Shown here in pieces: positions 20,020 through 30,516 of a stretch of 58,837 bases of DNA; position 1 is the first letter of the stretch; each line of letters opens with the position of its first letter. The stretch is from an uncultured Bacteroidales bacterium (GTDB taxonomy: Bacteria; Bacteroidota; Bacteroidia; Bacteroidales; UBA932). The translations under genes and the position numbers were made by a program. The notes beneath the pieces were generated by a model that was not told the origin of the DNA, did no database searches, and worked only from the letters and a program-made list of their open reading frames with translations. The stretch spans positions 1 through 58,837 of the forward strand of contig CALVDU010000129.1 of assembly GCA_944326375.1 (NCBI GenBank), given 5' to 3'.

Positions 20020-21096
20020 ATGAAAAAGACGATAGCAATACTGCCCGGCGACGGCATCGGCCCGGAAATCATGGCGCAAGCCACAAAAGTGCTGGACGCC
20101 GTTGCGGAAAAATTTTCGCACACATTTGAATACAGATATGCCGATGTGGGCGCATCGGCAATCGACAAGACCGGAAATCCCTACCCGGACGCCACCCACG
20201 AAATCTGCACGACTTCAGACTCAGTCCTTTTCGGGGCAATAGGTGATCCGAAATATGACAATGACCCTACGGCGAAAGTCCGTCCCGAACAGGGGCTGCT
20301 GAAGATGCGCAAGGCTCTCGGACTGTATGCCAACATCCGCCCCGTAAAGCCTTACGCAAGCCTTCTTGAGGCATCTCCGCTGAAAAACGGGATTGTTGAG
20401 GGCGCAGACTTCATAGTGGTCAGGGAACTGACCGGCGGAATGTATTTCGGAGAGCCGAGAGGCAGGAACGAGGCGGGTGACAAGGCATTTGACACCTGCG
20501 TCTATTCCAAGACCGAGATAGAGAGGGTGACAGACGTCGCATTCGCATACGCAGCGAGGCGCAGAAAACGCGTGACTTTGGTTGACAAGGCAAATGTCCT
20601 TGCAACTTCACGCCTGTGGAGGGAGACGGTCAAGGAAATCCATGCTGCAAAATATTCCGACATGGAACTCGATTTCCTCTTTGTGGACAATGCTGCAATG
20701 AAAATGGTCTCCAATCCGAGGGATTTCGACGTTATCCTCACGGAAAACATGTTCGGGGACATCCTCAGCGATCTTGCAGGCGTAATCAACGGTTCCATCG
20801 GGCTTCTTCCGTCGGCTTCAACGGGGGAGAGCAGAAGCCTTTACGAGCCTATTCACGGTTCTTTCCCTCAAGGTGCAGGAAAAAACATAGCCAACCCGAT
20901 TGCAATGATATTGTCTGCTGCGATGATGCTGGAGGACGCTTTCGGAGCACAGGAAGAGGGCCGAATTGTCCGTGAGGCATGCGATGCGGCCGTTGCTGCC
21001 GGAGCATGCACGCCAGACATCATAAAGGACAGCAGGTACGGCACAAAGGAAACAGGCGAATTCATAGTGGATTACATTAAAAATTACAGGATATGA
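20020..21096 (+). CDS. leuB: 3-isopropylmalate dehydrogenase
   Basis: [47 protein letters not shown]. Confidence 0.97.
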   Translation: MKKTIAILPGDGIGPEIMAQATKVLDAVAEKFSHTFEYRYADVGASAIDKTGNPYPDATHEICTTSDSVLFGAIGDPKYDNDPTAKVRPEQGLLKMRKALGLYANIRPVKPYASLLEASPLKNGIVEGADFIVVRELTGGMYFGEPRGRNEAGDKAFDTCVYSKTEIERVTDVAFAYAARRRKRVTLVDKANVLATSRLWRETVKEIHAAKYSDMELDFLFVDNAAMKMVSNPRDFDVILTENMFGDILSDLAGVINGSIGLLPSASTGESRSLYEPIHGSFPQGAGKNIANPIAMILSAAMMLEDAFGAQEEGRIVREACDAAVAAGACTPDIIKDSRYGTKETGEFIVDYIKNYRI

Positions 21097-22913
21097 AACG
21101 GCTCAGAAGCGACAGAAGCACTTCCGGCAGAAAAATGGCCGGTGCAAGGGCGCTCTGGCGCGCCAACGGCATGACCGAAGAGCAGTTCGGCAAGCCGATT
21201 ATAGCGATAGTCAATTCTTTCACCCAGTTCGTGCCGGGGCATGTGCACCTGCATGAAATAGGTCAGGAAATCAAGAAAAAAATCGAAGAACTGGGCTGCT
21301 TTGCAGCCGAATTCAACACAATAGCCATTGACGACGGCATAGCCATGGGGCATGACGGGATGCTCTATTCCCTTCCGTCCCGCGACATGATTGCCGACAG
21401 CGTGGAATACATGGTGAATGCGCATTGCGCTGACGCAATGGTCTGCATCTCCAATTGCGACAAGGTTACACCCGGGATGCTCATGGCCGCCATGAGGCTG
21501 AATATTCCTACGGTATTCGTGTCCGGAGGCCCTATGGAGGCAGGCCATGTGGCAGGCGAGGATTATGACCTCATAGACATAATGGTAAAGGGGGCGGACG
21601 ACTCGGTCAGCGACGAAACTCTTGCCGGAATCGAGAGAATGGGATGCCCTACCTGCGGCTGCTGTTCCGGAATGTTCACAGCCAATTCCATGAACTGCCT
21701 TTCGGAGGCAATCGGACTTTCCCTCGTGGGTAACGGTACGTTGCTCGCCACGCACGAAGAACGCAGAACCCTGTTCATGAAGGCGGCGGAAAGGATTGTA
21801 AGAAACACGTTCGCATATTATCGGGACGATGATGAATCCGTGCTTCCGAGATCCATAGCCTCGCGTCAGGCATTCCTGAATGCAATGTCGCTGGACATTG
21901 CGATGGGCGGTTCAACCAATACCGTCCTGCATCTTCTCGCAGTTGCGAATGAGGCAGGCGTCGATTTCTCGATGAAGGACATAGACGCCCTGTCGAGAAA
22001 TATTCCCGTTCTCTGCAAGGTCTCCCCGAACAGCAGGTTCCATATCCAGGACGTGAACAGGGCCGGGGGTGTCATGGGAATCCTTGCCGAACTTGACCGC
22101 GGAGGCTTCCTCGACACATCCGTAACAAGGGTGGATTATCCGACCCTGAAGGATGCCATCGCCGCAAACGACATAATGACCGCATCCGGTCCGGAAACAA
22201 AAAAATATCTTGCAGCGCCGTCGCAGAGGCGCAACCTTGTGCTCGGTTCATGTTCGGCGGAATATCCTGATTTCGACAAGGACCGCACAAGCGGGTGCAT
22301 ACGTGACATTGCACATGCCTATTCTGCGGACGGAGGTCTCGCTGTGCTCTACGGAAACATTGCCGTGGACGGCTGCATAGTCAAGACTGCCGGAGTCGAT
22401 GAAAGCATCCTCACTTTCAGCGGTCCGGCAAAGGTGTTCGAATCCCAGGAAGAGGCTTGCGACGGCATTCTTGGCGGCAAAGTCCAGTCAGGAGATGTCG
22501 TGGTCATAATCTATGAGGGGCCGAAAGGCGGACCGGGGATGCAGGAAATGCTTTATCCTACATCCTACATCAAGAGCCGGCATCTCGGGAAGGAATGCGC
22601 CCTGATTACGGACGGACGCTTCAGCGGGGGCACTTCCGGGCTGTCAATAGGACACATTTCTCCGGAGGCTGCTTCCGGAGGAAATGTCGGGCTTCTTCGT
22701 GACGGCGACATCATCAGGATCGATATCCGCAACAGAAGCATATCGGCTGATGTTTCCGAAGAGGAATTTGCAGCCCGAAGGGCAGAAGAGGCGGCAAGGG
22801 GCAGCAGGGCCTTTTCTCCGCATTCCCGCAGCAGGGAAGTTTCAAAGGCACTGAAGGCCTATGCCAAACTGGTTTCCTCCGCCGACAAGGGTGCCGTCAG
22901 GATAATAGAATAA
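21093..22913 (+). CDS. ilvD: Dihydroxy-acid dehydratase
   Basis: [61 protein letters not shown]. Confidence 0.97.
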   Translation: MKRLRSDRSTSGRKMAGARALWRANGMTEEQFGKPIIAIVNSFTQFVPGHVHLHEIGQEIKKKIEELGCFAAEFNTIAIDDGIAMGHDGMLYSLPSRDMIADSVEYMVNAHCADAMVCISNCDKVTPGMLMAAMRLNIPTVFVSGGPMEAGHVAGEDYDLIDIMVKGADDSVSDETLAGIERMGCPTCGCCSGMFTANSMNCLSEAIGLSLVGNGTLLATHEERRTLFMKAAERIVRNTFAYYRDDDESVLPRSIASRQAFLNAMSLDIAMGGSTNTVLHLLAVANEAGVDFSMKDIDALSRNIPVLCKVSPNSRFHIQDVNRAGGVMGILAELDRGGFLDTSVTRVDYPTLKDAIAANDIMTASGPETKKYLAAPSQRRNLVLGSCSAEYPDFDKDRTSGCIRDIAHAYSADGGLAVLYGNIAVDGCIVKTAGVDESILTFSGPAKVFESQEEACDGILGGKVQSGDVVVIIYEGPKGGPGMQEMLYPTSYIKSRHLGKECALITDGRFSGGTSGLSIGHISPEAASGGNVGLLRDGDIIRIDIRNRSISADVSEEEFAARRAEEAARGSRAFSPHSRSREVSKALKAYAKLVSSADKGAVRIIE

Positions 22914-22929
22914 AAACGGACTTAAGACA

Positions 22930-24636
22930 ATGGACATGGAAGAAAAAGAAAAGATTTCAGGTTCGGAAATCCTCATCCGTTCCCTGATAAGGGAGGGGGC
23001 GGACACAATCTTCGGCTACCCCGGAGGAGCGATAATGCCTGTCTATGACGCCCTCATGAACCATACGGATTCCATCGACCACATTCTTGTGCGTCATGAG
23101 CAGGGGGCTACCCATGCTGCTCAAGGTTATGCGCGTGCTTCAGGAAAGGTCGGAGTCTGCATGGTCACTGGAGGTCCCGGAGCGACCAACACGATTACCG
23201 GAATAGCGGATGCCATGCTCGACAGCACTCCGATAGTCGTGATTGCCGGGCAGATAACGACGGATTTGATAGGAACGGACGCATTCCAGGAAGTGGACTT
23301 TACCTGTGTCACCCAGCCCATTTCCAAGTGGACTTACCAGATAGGCAGTGCGGAGGAAATCAGCAGGGTGGTTGCAAGGGCGTTTTTCGTTGCCAAAAGC
23401 GGCCGTCCTGGACCTGTGGTACTGAGCGTTACCAAGAATGCGCAGGTGGGCATGGCGGAATATGTGCCTGAAAAGGTGGAGTTCATCCGCAGTTATGACG
23501 ATGATCCGGAAATCGACATGTCCGCAATAGAAGAGGCGGCAGAGGCGATAAACAATGCGAAACGTCCGTTTGTGCTTGCAGGACAGGGAATTGAGATAGG
23601 GGAGGCACAGGAGGAATTCCGCAATTTCGTGGAAAAGGCGGACCTTCCGTTCGGCTGCACATTGCTCGGACTTTCAGTCCTCCCGTCCTCGCATCCGCTC
23701 AACAAAGGCATGCTCGGGATGCACGGGAATCTCTGCAACAACGTCAAGACCAACGAGTGCGACGTGCTCATAGCCGTCGGGATGAGGTTCGACGACAGGG
23801 TCACGGGAGATGTCTCCACATACGCCCGTCAGGCCAAGATCATCCATCTCGACATTGACGCATCCGAAATCGGGAAGAATGTCAAGGCGGACATCCCGGT
23901 GCTCGGCAACTGCAGAAAGACATTGAAACTCATTTCTGACAGGCTGAATCCCGCAAAACATACGGAATGGACGGCGAGTTTCGAGCCTTATGTCAGGGAA
24001 GAGTATGAAAAGGTCATAGACAAGGAATTGCACCCGGCCTCAGGACCGCTCAACATGGGCGAGGTTGTGAATGCAGTGAGCGAAGCGTCAGGACACAAGG
24101 CCATTCTCGTGACAGACGTCGGACAGAACCAGATGATGGCATCGAGGTATTTCAAATACGAGGAAAAGCGGAGCATCATCACTTCGGGCGGCATGGGAAC
24201 GATGGGTTTCGGGCTTCCGGCTGCCATAGGAGCGGCATTCGCCCGTCCGGACAGGACGGTGTGCATGTTTACGGGCGACGGCGGACTTCAGATGACGATC
24301 CAGGAGTTCGGCACGATAATGGAAAGGAAGGTGCCCGTGAAAATCATTCTTCTGAACAACAATTATCTCGGAAACGTGAGACAGTGGCAGGAACTTTTCT
24401 TTCACAGGAGATATTCCTTTACGAGGCTCGATAATCCTGATTTTCAGGTTATTGCGTCAGCATACGGCATTCCTTCGAGACGTGTTGCGGACAGGGCGGA
24501 ACTTCAGGATGCAGTAAGGGAAATGCTTGAGACGGACGGTCCGTTCTTCCTTGAGGCCTGCGTCGCTGAAGAAGGGAACGTGATGCCGATGATTCCTCCG
24601 GGAGGTTCTGTGGACAATATGATAATGGAGTGCTGA
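22930..24636 (+). CDS. ilvB: Acetolactate synthase large subunit
   Basis: FGYPGGA, RHEQGA, GPGATN, DVGQNQM, GTMGFGLPAA, GDGGLQM..NN TPP motif. Confidence 0.95.
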   Translation: MDMEEKEKISGSEILIRSLIREGADTIFGYPGGAIMPVYDALMNHTDSIDHILVRHEQGATHAAQGYARASGKVGVCMVTGGPGATNTITGIADAMLDSTPIVVIAGQITTDLIGTDAFQEVDFTCVTQPISKWTYQIGSAEEISRVVARAFFVAKSGRPGPVVLSVTKNAQVGMAEYVPEKVEFIRSYDDDPEIDMSAIEEAAEAINNAKRPFVLAGQGIEIGEAQEEFRNFVEKADLPFGCTLLGLSVLPSSHPLNKGMLGMHGNLCNNVKTNECDVLIAVGMRFDDRVTGDVSTYARQAKIIHLDIDASEIGKNVKADIPVLGNCRKTLKLISDRLNPAKHTEWTASFEPYVREEYEKVIDKELHPASGPLNMGEVVNAVSEASGHKAILVTDVGQNQMMASRYFKYEEKRSIITSGGMGTMGFGLPAAIGAAFARPDRTVCMFTGDGGLQMTIQEFGTIMERKVPVKIILLNNNYLGNVRQWQELFFHRRYSFTRLDNPDFQVIASAYGIPSRRVADRAELQDAVREMLETDGPFFLEACVAEEGNVMPMIPPGGSVDNMIMEC

Positions 24637-24640
24637 GACT

Positions 24641-25201
24641 ATGGAAACAGAAAGTTTATATACGATAATTGTGCATTCCGAAAATTTTGCCGGAATACTC
24701 AATCAGGTGGCGGCAGTGTTCACGCGGCTTCAGGTAAATATCGAAAGCCTCAACGTGTCGGCTTCCTCCCTCCCGAATGTCCACAAGTTCACGATCTGCT
24801 GCAGGACTACGGAGAAGAACATTGACAAGATAATAAAGCAGATAGTGAAGAAACTGGATGTCATCAGCGCTGCCTGCTATACCGACAGGGACATTTTCAG
24901 CAGCGAAATCGCAATGTACAAGATTTCGACTCATGTGTTCGACGGCAGCGACGACCTCAATGTCATCCTGCGGAAATACAATACGAGGGTTGTTGAAGTC
25001 ACATCAGACTATATAGTCGTGGAACTGGCAGGTTCAAGCGACGAGATTACGGCTTTGCGTGACGAATTCCAGAACCTTGGCTGCATCAGGCAGTTTGTCC
25101 GTTCCGGAAAAATCGCAGTCACGGCTTCCAATATAGAAAAGGTCAGCGAATGGCTCGACCGCAGGGAAAAAGTCAGGACAGAAAGAAGCAGAATATTATA
25201 A
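24641..25201 (+). CDS. ilvN: Acetolactate synthase small (regulatory, ACT) subunit
   Basis: ENFAGILNQVAAVFTRLQVNIESL; FVRSGKIAV; directly after ilvB. Confidence 0.9.
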   Translation: METESLYTIIVHSENFAGILNQVAAVFTRLQVNIESLNVSASSLPNVHKFTICCRTTEKNIDKIIKQIVKKLDVISAACYTDRDIFSSEIAMYKISTHVFDGSDDLNVILRKYNTRVVEVTSDYIVVELAGSSDEITALRDEFQNLGCIRQFVRSGKIAVTASNIEKVSEWLDRREKVRTERSRIL

Positions 25202-25237
25202 ACAGGCGGAAAACCGCAATAAAATGTAAAACGAATT

Positions 25238-26287
25238 ATGGCAAAAATGAATTTCGGCGGAGTCGAAGAAAATGTAGTGACCCGCGCAGAGTTTCCCCTT
25301 GAGAAAGCAAGGGATGTGTTGAAGAACGAGACAATAGCAGTTCTCGGCTACGGCGTCCAGGGGCCGGGACAGTCCCTGAACCTGAAGGACAACGGCTTCA
25401 ACGTTATTGTAGGACAGAGAAAAGGCTCGAAGAGCTGGGACAAGGCCATCGCTGACGGATGGGTTCCGGGAGAGACCCTCTTTGAAATAGATGAGGCTTG
25501 CGCAAAGGCTACAATCATCGAATTCCTGCTTTCTGATGCCGGTCAAATTGCCGCATGGCCTACCGTGAAGAAAAATCTTACTCCTGGCAAAGCCCTGTAT
25601 TTCTCACATGGCTTCGGCATCACTTACAGCGACAAGACAGGCATTGTGCCTCCGGCAGACGTTGACGTGATTCTCGTCGCACCTAAGGGCTCCGGCACAT
25701 CGCTGCGCCGTCTTTTCCTCGAGGGTAAGGGCATCAATTCTTCATACGCGATTCATCAGGATGCCACGGGAAAGGCATACGACAGGGTAATCGCCCTCGG
25801 AATCGGTGTAGGTTCAGGCTATCTGTTCGAGACCGACTTCAAGCGTGAGGTATATTCCGACCTTACCGGAGAGAGGGGAACGCTCATGGGTGCAATCCAG
25901 GGCATATTCGCTGCACAGTATCAGGTGCTCCGCGAAAACGGGCACACTCCTTCCGAGGCATTCAACGAGACCGTGGAGGAGTTGAGCCAGAGCCTCATGC
26001 CACTCATCGCCGAAAAGGGAATGGACTGGATGTATGCCAATTGTTCCACTACCGCACAGCGCGGTGCCCTCGACTGGTGGAAGAGGTTCAGGGATGCTAC
26101 CATGCCTGTATTCAAGGAACTGTATGAGAGCGTCAAGACAGGAAACGAGGCTCAGATTTCCATCGATTCCAACAGCAAGCCTGACTACAGGGAGAAGCTC
26201 AACGCTGAACTCAAGGAACTGCATGACAGCGAATTGTGGCGTGCAGGCGAGACCGTCAGGGAACTTCGTCCGGAAAGGAGCAAATGA
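25238..26287 (+). CDS. ilvC: Ketol-acid reductoisomerase
   Basis: GYGVQGPGQ, FSHGF, VAPKGSG, SDLTGERG, NCSTTAQRGALDW. Confidence 0.96.
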   Translation: MAKMNFGGVEENVVTRAEFPLEKARDVLKNETIAVLGYGVQGPGQSLNLKDNGFNVIVGQRKGSKSWDKAIADGWVPGETLFEIDEACAKATIIEFLLSDAGQIAAWPTVKKNLTPGKALYFSHGFGITYSDKTGIVPPADVDVILVAPKGSGTSLRRLFLEGKGINSSYAIHQDATGKAYDRVIALGIGVGSGYLFETDFKREVYSDLTGERGTLMGAIQGIFAAQYQVLRENGHTPSEAFNETVEELSQSLMPLIAEKGMDWMYANCSTTAQRGALDWWKRFRDATMPVFKELYESVKTGNEAQISIDSNSKPDYREKLNAELKELHDSELWRAGETVRELRPERSK

Positions 26288-27162
26288 CATATTCAGATCC
26301 TGAGGCAGGAACTGTGCTGCTGAAGAAGAATGCTTCCAGCAGGCGCATGAGCATCCGTGTACATCCTGTCAAAGGCATTACGGTAATCATTCCGGAGTCC
26401 GTCCCGTACAGGGAGGGACTCCGGTTTTTCCTGCTCAAGCGGGATTGGGTGCTCAAGACTATGCGGCGTCAGCAGATGAAGATTGAAGATGCGCAGGAAA
26501 ACGGACTGGCAGTCCCGCTTCTCGGCGACGGAAGCGTAGTGAGGACTCTGATGTCGGAAATTCTGCTGCGCAGGAGTACCCGTCCCGAAAGTGCTCCCTT
26601 GAAGTTGGAGACCCTCTTGCTGGAAGATGTGAAGCAGACGGGAAGGACCTGGTTTTCCATTGACCGGCCTCTGTTCCGCAAGACGCTTGTCTATTCGGAC
26701 TCATTGCCTTCCGAGGGGAGTGCAGGTCTGGATTCTCTGCTGAGAAATGCCGTTGCGGAAATCATGAGGGCGGAGGCGAAACTTATTCTGCCGAGGAAAC
26801 TGGATTTTTTCGCATCCCGTTTCGGGTTCCGTTATTCCCGAGTCTCCGTCAAGCGCAATTCCTCTAACTGGGGCAGCTGTTCCGTGCGCGGCAACATCAA
26901 CCTGAACCTGAATCTGGTCCGTCTTCCGGAGCCGTTGTGCGACTGCGTGGTTCTGCATGAATTGTGTCATCTGAAACATCCGGACCACGGTCCGGGTTTC
27001 CATTCCCTTTTGGAAAAGCTCTGTACTGACAATGTTGCCCGGCTTGCAATGACGGGCGACCCTTATCTGCCGGAACTTGCGGCAAAAATCAACCGCTCGC
27101 GTGCTGCCATGCCGGTGCATACGACAATGGAGCGTGAACTCAAGAAATACAGGATGCTGTAA
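26284..27162 (+). CDS. YgjP/DUF45-like metal-dependent hydrolase
   Basis: NWGSCS..NINLN..L, VVLHELCHLKHPDHGPGF (HExxH); ATGA overlap with ilvC stop. Confidence 0.85.
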   Translation: MTYSDPEAGTVLLKKNASSRRMSIRVHPVKGITVIIPESVPYREGLRFFLLKRDWVLKTMRRQQMKIEDAQENGLAVPLLGDGSVVRTLMSEILLRRSTRPESAPLKLETLLLEDVKQTGRTWFSIDRPLFRKTLVYSDSLPSEGSAGLDSLLRNAVAEIMRAEAKLILPRKLDFFASRFGFRYSRVSVKRNSSNWGSCSVRGNINLNLNLVRLPEPLCDCVVLHELCHLKHPDHGPGFHSLLEKLCTDNVARLAMTGDPYLPELAAKINRSRAAMPVHTTMERELKKYRML

Positions 27163-27166
27163 TGGT

Positions 27167-28531
27167 TCAAACCTTCTTGTTTTTCCAGCGGCCGCTGATG
27201 AGGTATGAGCCGCAGAGAAGCAGCATGGCGAGCCCGTAGACATGCTCAGCTGTCCAGCAGACGGCGACATCTGCCCTTACAACATGGATTATGGTATAGC
27301 AGTAAAGCACGTAGACAGCAAGGGCGGTCAGTTCCAGAAGGAAGGCTTTCCGCGTGTTGCCGGTACCTGATACCGCCTGGAAGAATATGTTTGCCGGAAT
27401 TGTGAAGATGTATGCGCTGCACATTACCCACAACGACGGGACTGATGCCTTTATGAGTTCAGGCATGTCGGTGTATATTCTGATGACACTTTCAGGCAAT
27501 GCCGCTACAAGAAGCATCATTACGGCCGTGGCGGCGTATGCAAGTTTCATTATGCGGATTACGAGTCCAGGGACCGAGTTCGGGTGTCCGTTGCCTATCA
27601 GGTTGCTGACAAGGGAACTGCACGTGGATGCAAAAGCCATCATTATCATCCAGATGAGTCCGGATACGTTCCTTATGATGTTGGATATGGCAAGGGAACG
27701 TTCCCCGAGATGTTCTATGAACAGGAAGAATATGAACCATGTGGACAAGGATATGATGTTCTGTATCATCGTCCACAGGGAAACAGACAGTATCCCTCCC
27801 AGTTTTGCGAAACTGAATTTGCCGAATCTGTCGAGCCCGTATTTCCTGCAGTCAGTCTTGCGGATTGTGTAGGTTATGAAGAAAATCAGGGATACGAGTT
27901 CAGCCAGCGTTGAGCCCAATGCCGCTCCGGCAATTCCCATGGCCGGGATTCCGAATTTTCCGAAGACGAGAATCCAGTTGAATACGACGTTGGAAAGCAC
28001 CATTGTTATGGAGTTGAACGTCAGGGTCTTGGTCTGGGTTGTGCCGACATAGAACGCCCGGAACATTACTGTGACGTATGCGAAGAACAGTCCCGGAAGT
28101 CTCCATTCCACGTAACTTACTGCTGCGTCCCGGATACGTGGAGAAGATACCATCTTCCCTATGAGCCACGGGGAAATCATCTCTGACACCGCTACCGCTA
28201 TGGCGGCAAGACACAGAAGGAAAGCGACTCCGTGGTAGAATATGTTGCCTGTTTCCCTGAAATTTCCTTCCCCGTTGCGCCGTGCGATGATGATTTGAGA
28301 ACCTATGCTGAATCCGAAGCCTGCCATGAAAATGACCATGTAATATATGCCCGCTATGGCTGAGGCCCCGAGTTCCACTTCTCCTACCCTGCCGAGGAAG
28401 GCTGCATCCGTCATGCCGATCATCTGTTCCATAACGAGGCTGATCAGGATCGGGTATGCCACTTTCCAAATCTGCTTGTACGAATATGTTGCAGGACTGT
28501 CGTACCTGTATGTCGTGGTATTGTGTTCCAT
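27167..28531 (-). CDS. MATE family efflux transporter
   Basis: Multi-TM; TDAAFLGRVGEVELGA, FGKFGIPAMGIAGAALGS. Confidence 0.92.
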   Translation of the reverse strand: MEHNTTTYRYDSPATYSYKQIWKVAYPILISLVMEQMIGMTDAAFLGRVGEVELGASAIAGIYYMVIFMAGFGFSIGSQIIIARRNGEGNFRETGNIFYHGVAFLLCLAAIAVAVSEMISPWLIGKMVSSPRIRDAAVSYVEWRLPGLFFAYVTVMFRAFYVGTTQTKTLTFNSITMVLSNVVFNWILVFGKFGIPAMGIAGAALGSTLAELVSLIFFITYTIRKTDCRKYGLDRFGKFSFAKLGGILSVSLWTMIQNIISLSTWFIFFLFIEHLGERSLAISNIIRNVSGLIWMIMMAFASTCSSLVSNLIGNGHPNSVPGLVIRIMKLAYAATAVMMLLVAALPESVIRIYTDMPELIKASVPSLWVMCSAYIFTIPANIFFQAVSGTGNTRKAFLLELTALAVYVLYCYTIIHVVRADVAVCWTAEHVYGLAMLLLCGSYLISGRWKNKKV

Positions 28532-28534
28532 GTT

Positions 28535-29488
28535 TTATTCGGAAAGAAGTGTTTGGGAAAGGATTGCTGTTGCTTCTTCAACTGTCAGGGAGTCTTCGAT
28601 CCTGAAGTTTCCGCTTGCCGTGCGGATGAGGCTGTCAAGATGTGCTCCGCTGCCGAGGGCTTCTCCGAGGTCACGAGCGAATGCCCTGACGTATGTGCCT
28701 TTGCTGCAGGAGATTCTGATGACGGCTCTCGGAAGTCCGAGGGCGGAGTTGTCGGTCACGTTGATTCTCGTCGAGGCGCCTTTGTCTCTTGTGTCAGGCA
28801 TTTCGCCGCTTGTCGTCCTGTCGCTTTTGTCGTCTGCCTCCTGTTGTTCAAGGACTTGTGACGAACTCTCGAAGGAAAGCAGTTCCAATGAGTTTATGCG
28901 GATCAAGGCAGTCTTGAGCAGTTCCCCTGCAGCCGTGTCGAAAGTCTTGTCCGGAGTGTTGCCCTCCTGATGTTTCTTGAGGAGTTTTCGTGCCAGCTCG
29001 TACGCCCTTACCCCGTCAACGGATTTGGCGGAGAACAGAGGTGCGACCTGTTCCTGCTCCCCGATGAATTGCTGCAGGGATTCCCTTATGGCTTCTTCCG
29101 TGATGTGCCGATATGGGAAGTGCCTGTCTATTTCCTTTTCAAGGTCGTATGAAGGGGTTGTCGCACCGAATGTGATTCCTGCGACGTATTCCTTGTCGTG
29201 GGACTGGAGCCTTTCGGCGAGCCTTGTTGCCTTGCCCATGCACACGAGAAGGATTCCGGTGGCAAGCGGGTCAAGCGTCCCGGCGTGTCCGACCTTGAGG
29301 TTGCGTTTGCCGAAACGGCGTATTGCCGTGTATTTGATTTTACGGATTACGTCGGCGGAAGTCCAGCGGTATGGCTTGTTTATGGGTATGATGATACCTC
29401 CCGGACAGTCGTCTATGCTGACCGGGAGATTTGTGCCTTTGGCAAGTATGATTGGGGTGCCGTTGCTTTCCTGTGGCAGGTTGCCCAT
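28535..29488 (-). CDS. truB: tRNA pseudouridine(55) synthase
   Basis: KVGHAGTLDPLATG, FSAKSVDGVRAYELAR, CSKGTYVRAFARDLG. Confidence 0.93.
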   Translation of the reverse strand: MGNLPQESNGTPIILAKGTNLPVSIDDCPGGIIIPINKPYRWTSADVIRKIKYTAIRRFGKRNLKVGHAGTLDPLATGILLVCMGKATRLAERLQSHDKEYVAGITFGATTPSYDLEKEIDRHFPYRHITEEAIRESLQQFIGEQEQVAPLFSAKSVDGVRAYELARKLLKKHQEGNTPDKTFDTAAGELLKTALIRINSLELLSFESSSQVLEQQEADDKSDRTTSGEMPDTRDKGASTRINVTDNSALGLPRAVIRISCSKGTYVRAFARDLGEALGSGAHLDSLIRTASGNFRIEDSLTVEEATAILSQTLLSE

Positions 29489-29494
29489 ATTTGC

Positions 29495-29926
29495 CTACTT
29501 TACAGGGATTTTGTCGATCCTTTTCTGGTGGCGGCCTCCTTCAAACGGGGTGTCGAGCCATGTGTCAACGATTTCTTTGGCATCCTCGAATTCGATGAAC
29601 CGTGCCGGCATCACGAGCACATTGGCGTTGTTGTGCTTCTTGACGAGTTCCCCGATTTCCTTGTTCCAGGCGAGTCCTGCCCTGATGCCCTGATGTTTGT
29701 TGAGGGTCATTGCCATGCCGTTGCCTGTGCCGCAGAGGGCTATTCCGAGATCAACAGTTCCCTTTTCCACGGCCTCTGCAAGCGGATGTGCCACGTCGGG
29801 ATAGTCCATGCTTTCAGGAGAATCCGTGCCGTAGTCCGACATTTCGTAGCCTTTCCCTTCAAGATATCCGATGAGCCCGCATTTGTATTCGAAGCCTGCG
29901 TGGTCGCTGCAAATTCCGATTTTCAT
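29495..29926 (-). CDS. rpiB: Ribose-5-phosphate isomerase B
   Basis: SDHAG, DYPD, CGTGNG, HNNANVL, FEGGRH. Confidence 0.95.
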   Translation of the reverse strand: MKIGICSDHAGFEYKCGLIGYLEGKGYEMSDYGTDSPESMDYPDVAHPLAEAVEKGTVDLGIALCGTGNGMAMTLNKHQGIRAGLAWNKEIGELVKKHNNANVLVMPARFIEFEDAKEIVDTWLDTPFEGGRHQKRIDKIPVK

Positions 29927-29948
29927 AATTTTCAATTTTTACGGTTGG

Positions 29949-29956
29949 CAAAGATA
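29949..29956 (-). promoter_or_regulatory. -7 promoter element for rpiB-truB-MATE
   Basis: CAAAGATA on + strand is TATCTTTG on - strand, just upstream of rpiB. Confidence 0.65.
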
Positions 29957-30001
29957 ATCAGAAAGCAAGAGCAATGCAAGCCAAATCTTCGGATGCATCG
30001 G

Positions 30002-30502
30002 ATGAGAAACGGCAGGGCGGAGGAAATCTGCTCATGCAAGGTGTCGCTGCTGCCGCAGCAAAGCATTCTCAGTATTTCCCGTCAGATAAATAAGGATAAA
30101 AGACAATATTATGAGATACTGGAAAAGACGCAAAAAGGAGATTGTGAGATTACGGAATGGATGGACTGGCATCTTGATTGTCTGCTTCGCTCTGTGGGAC
30201 AGTCCGACGAAACCTTGTCGAAAGTGCTGAACAAGGCAGTCTTTTGGCAAAAACATGCTGCAGTTGCCATGTCCGCACGGCAAAAGGATGTGCTGAATCT
30301 TTATTTGGACGGGTATCCGGGCAAACTTACTGCCAAAAACTGGGCGAAGCACTCTAAAGTATCTCCCGATACGGCGATGCGGGACATAAAGGACCTTGTG
30401 GAGAAAGATATTTTGGTTCCTCAGCAAGGAAGGGTTCGTGACGTCTCTTATGGAATCCGCTGCAGCGACTCCGCCCTTTTTGTCCCGACGCCGGAAAGTT
30501 AA
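30002..30502 (+). pseudogene. Truncated Fic-family (DUF4172-type) gene, C-terminal remnant with HTH
   Basis: SISRQINKDKRQYYEILEKTQKGDCEITEW and GKLTAKNWAKHSKVSPDTAMRDIKDLV resemble the Fic/DUF4172 C-terminus; no intact HPFxDGNGR; similarity clear only from about 30070. Confidence 0.7.
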
Positions 30503-30516
30503 TCCATGAATCTGGA

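Noticed and set aside
29198-30001. N-terminal ~270 codons of the 434-aa plus-strand ORF 29198-30502
   Set aside because: Antisense to truB and rpiB; only the 3' part resembles Fic, so the long ORF is a chance fusion
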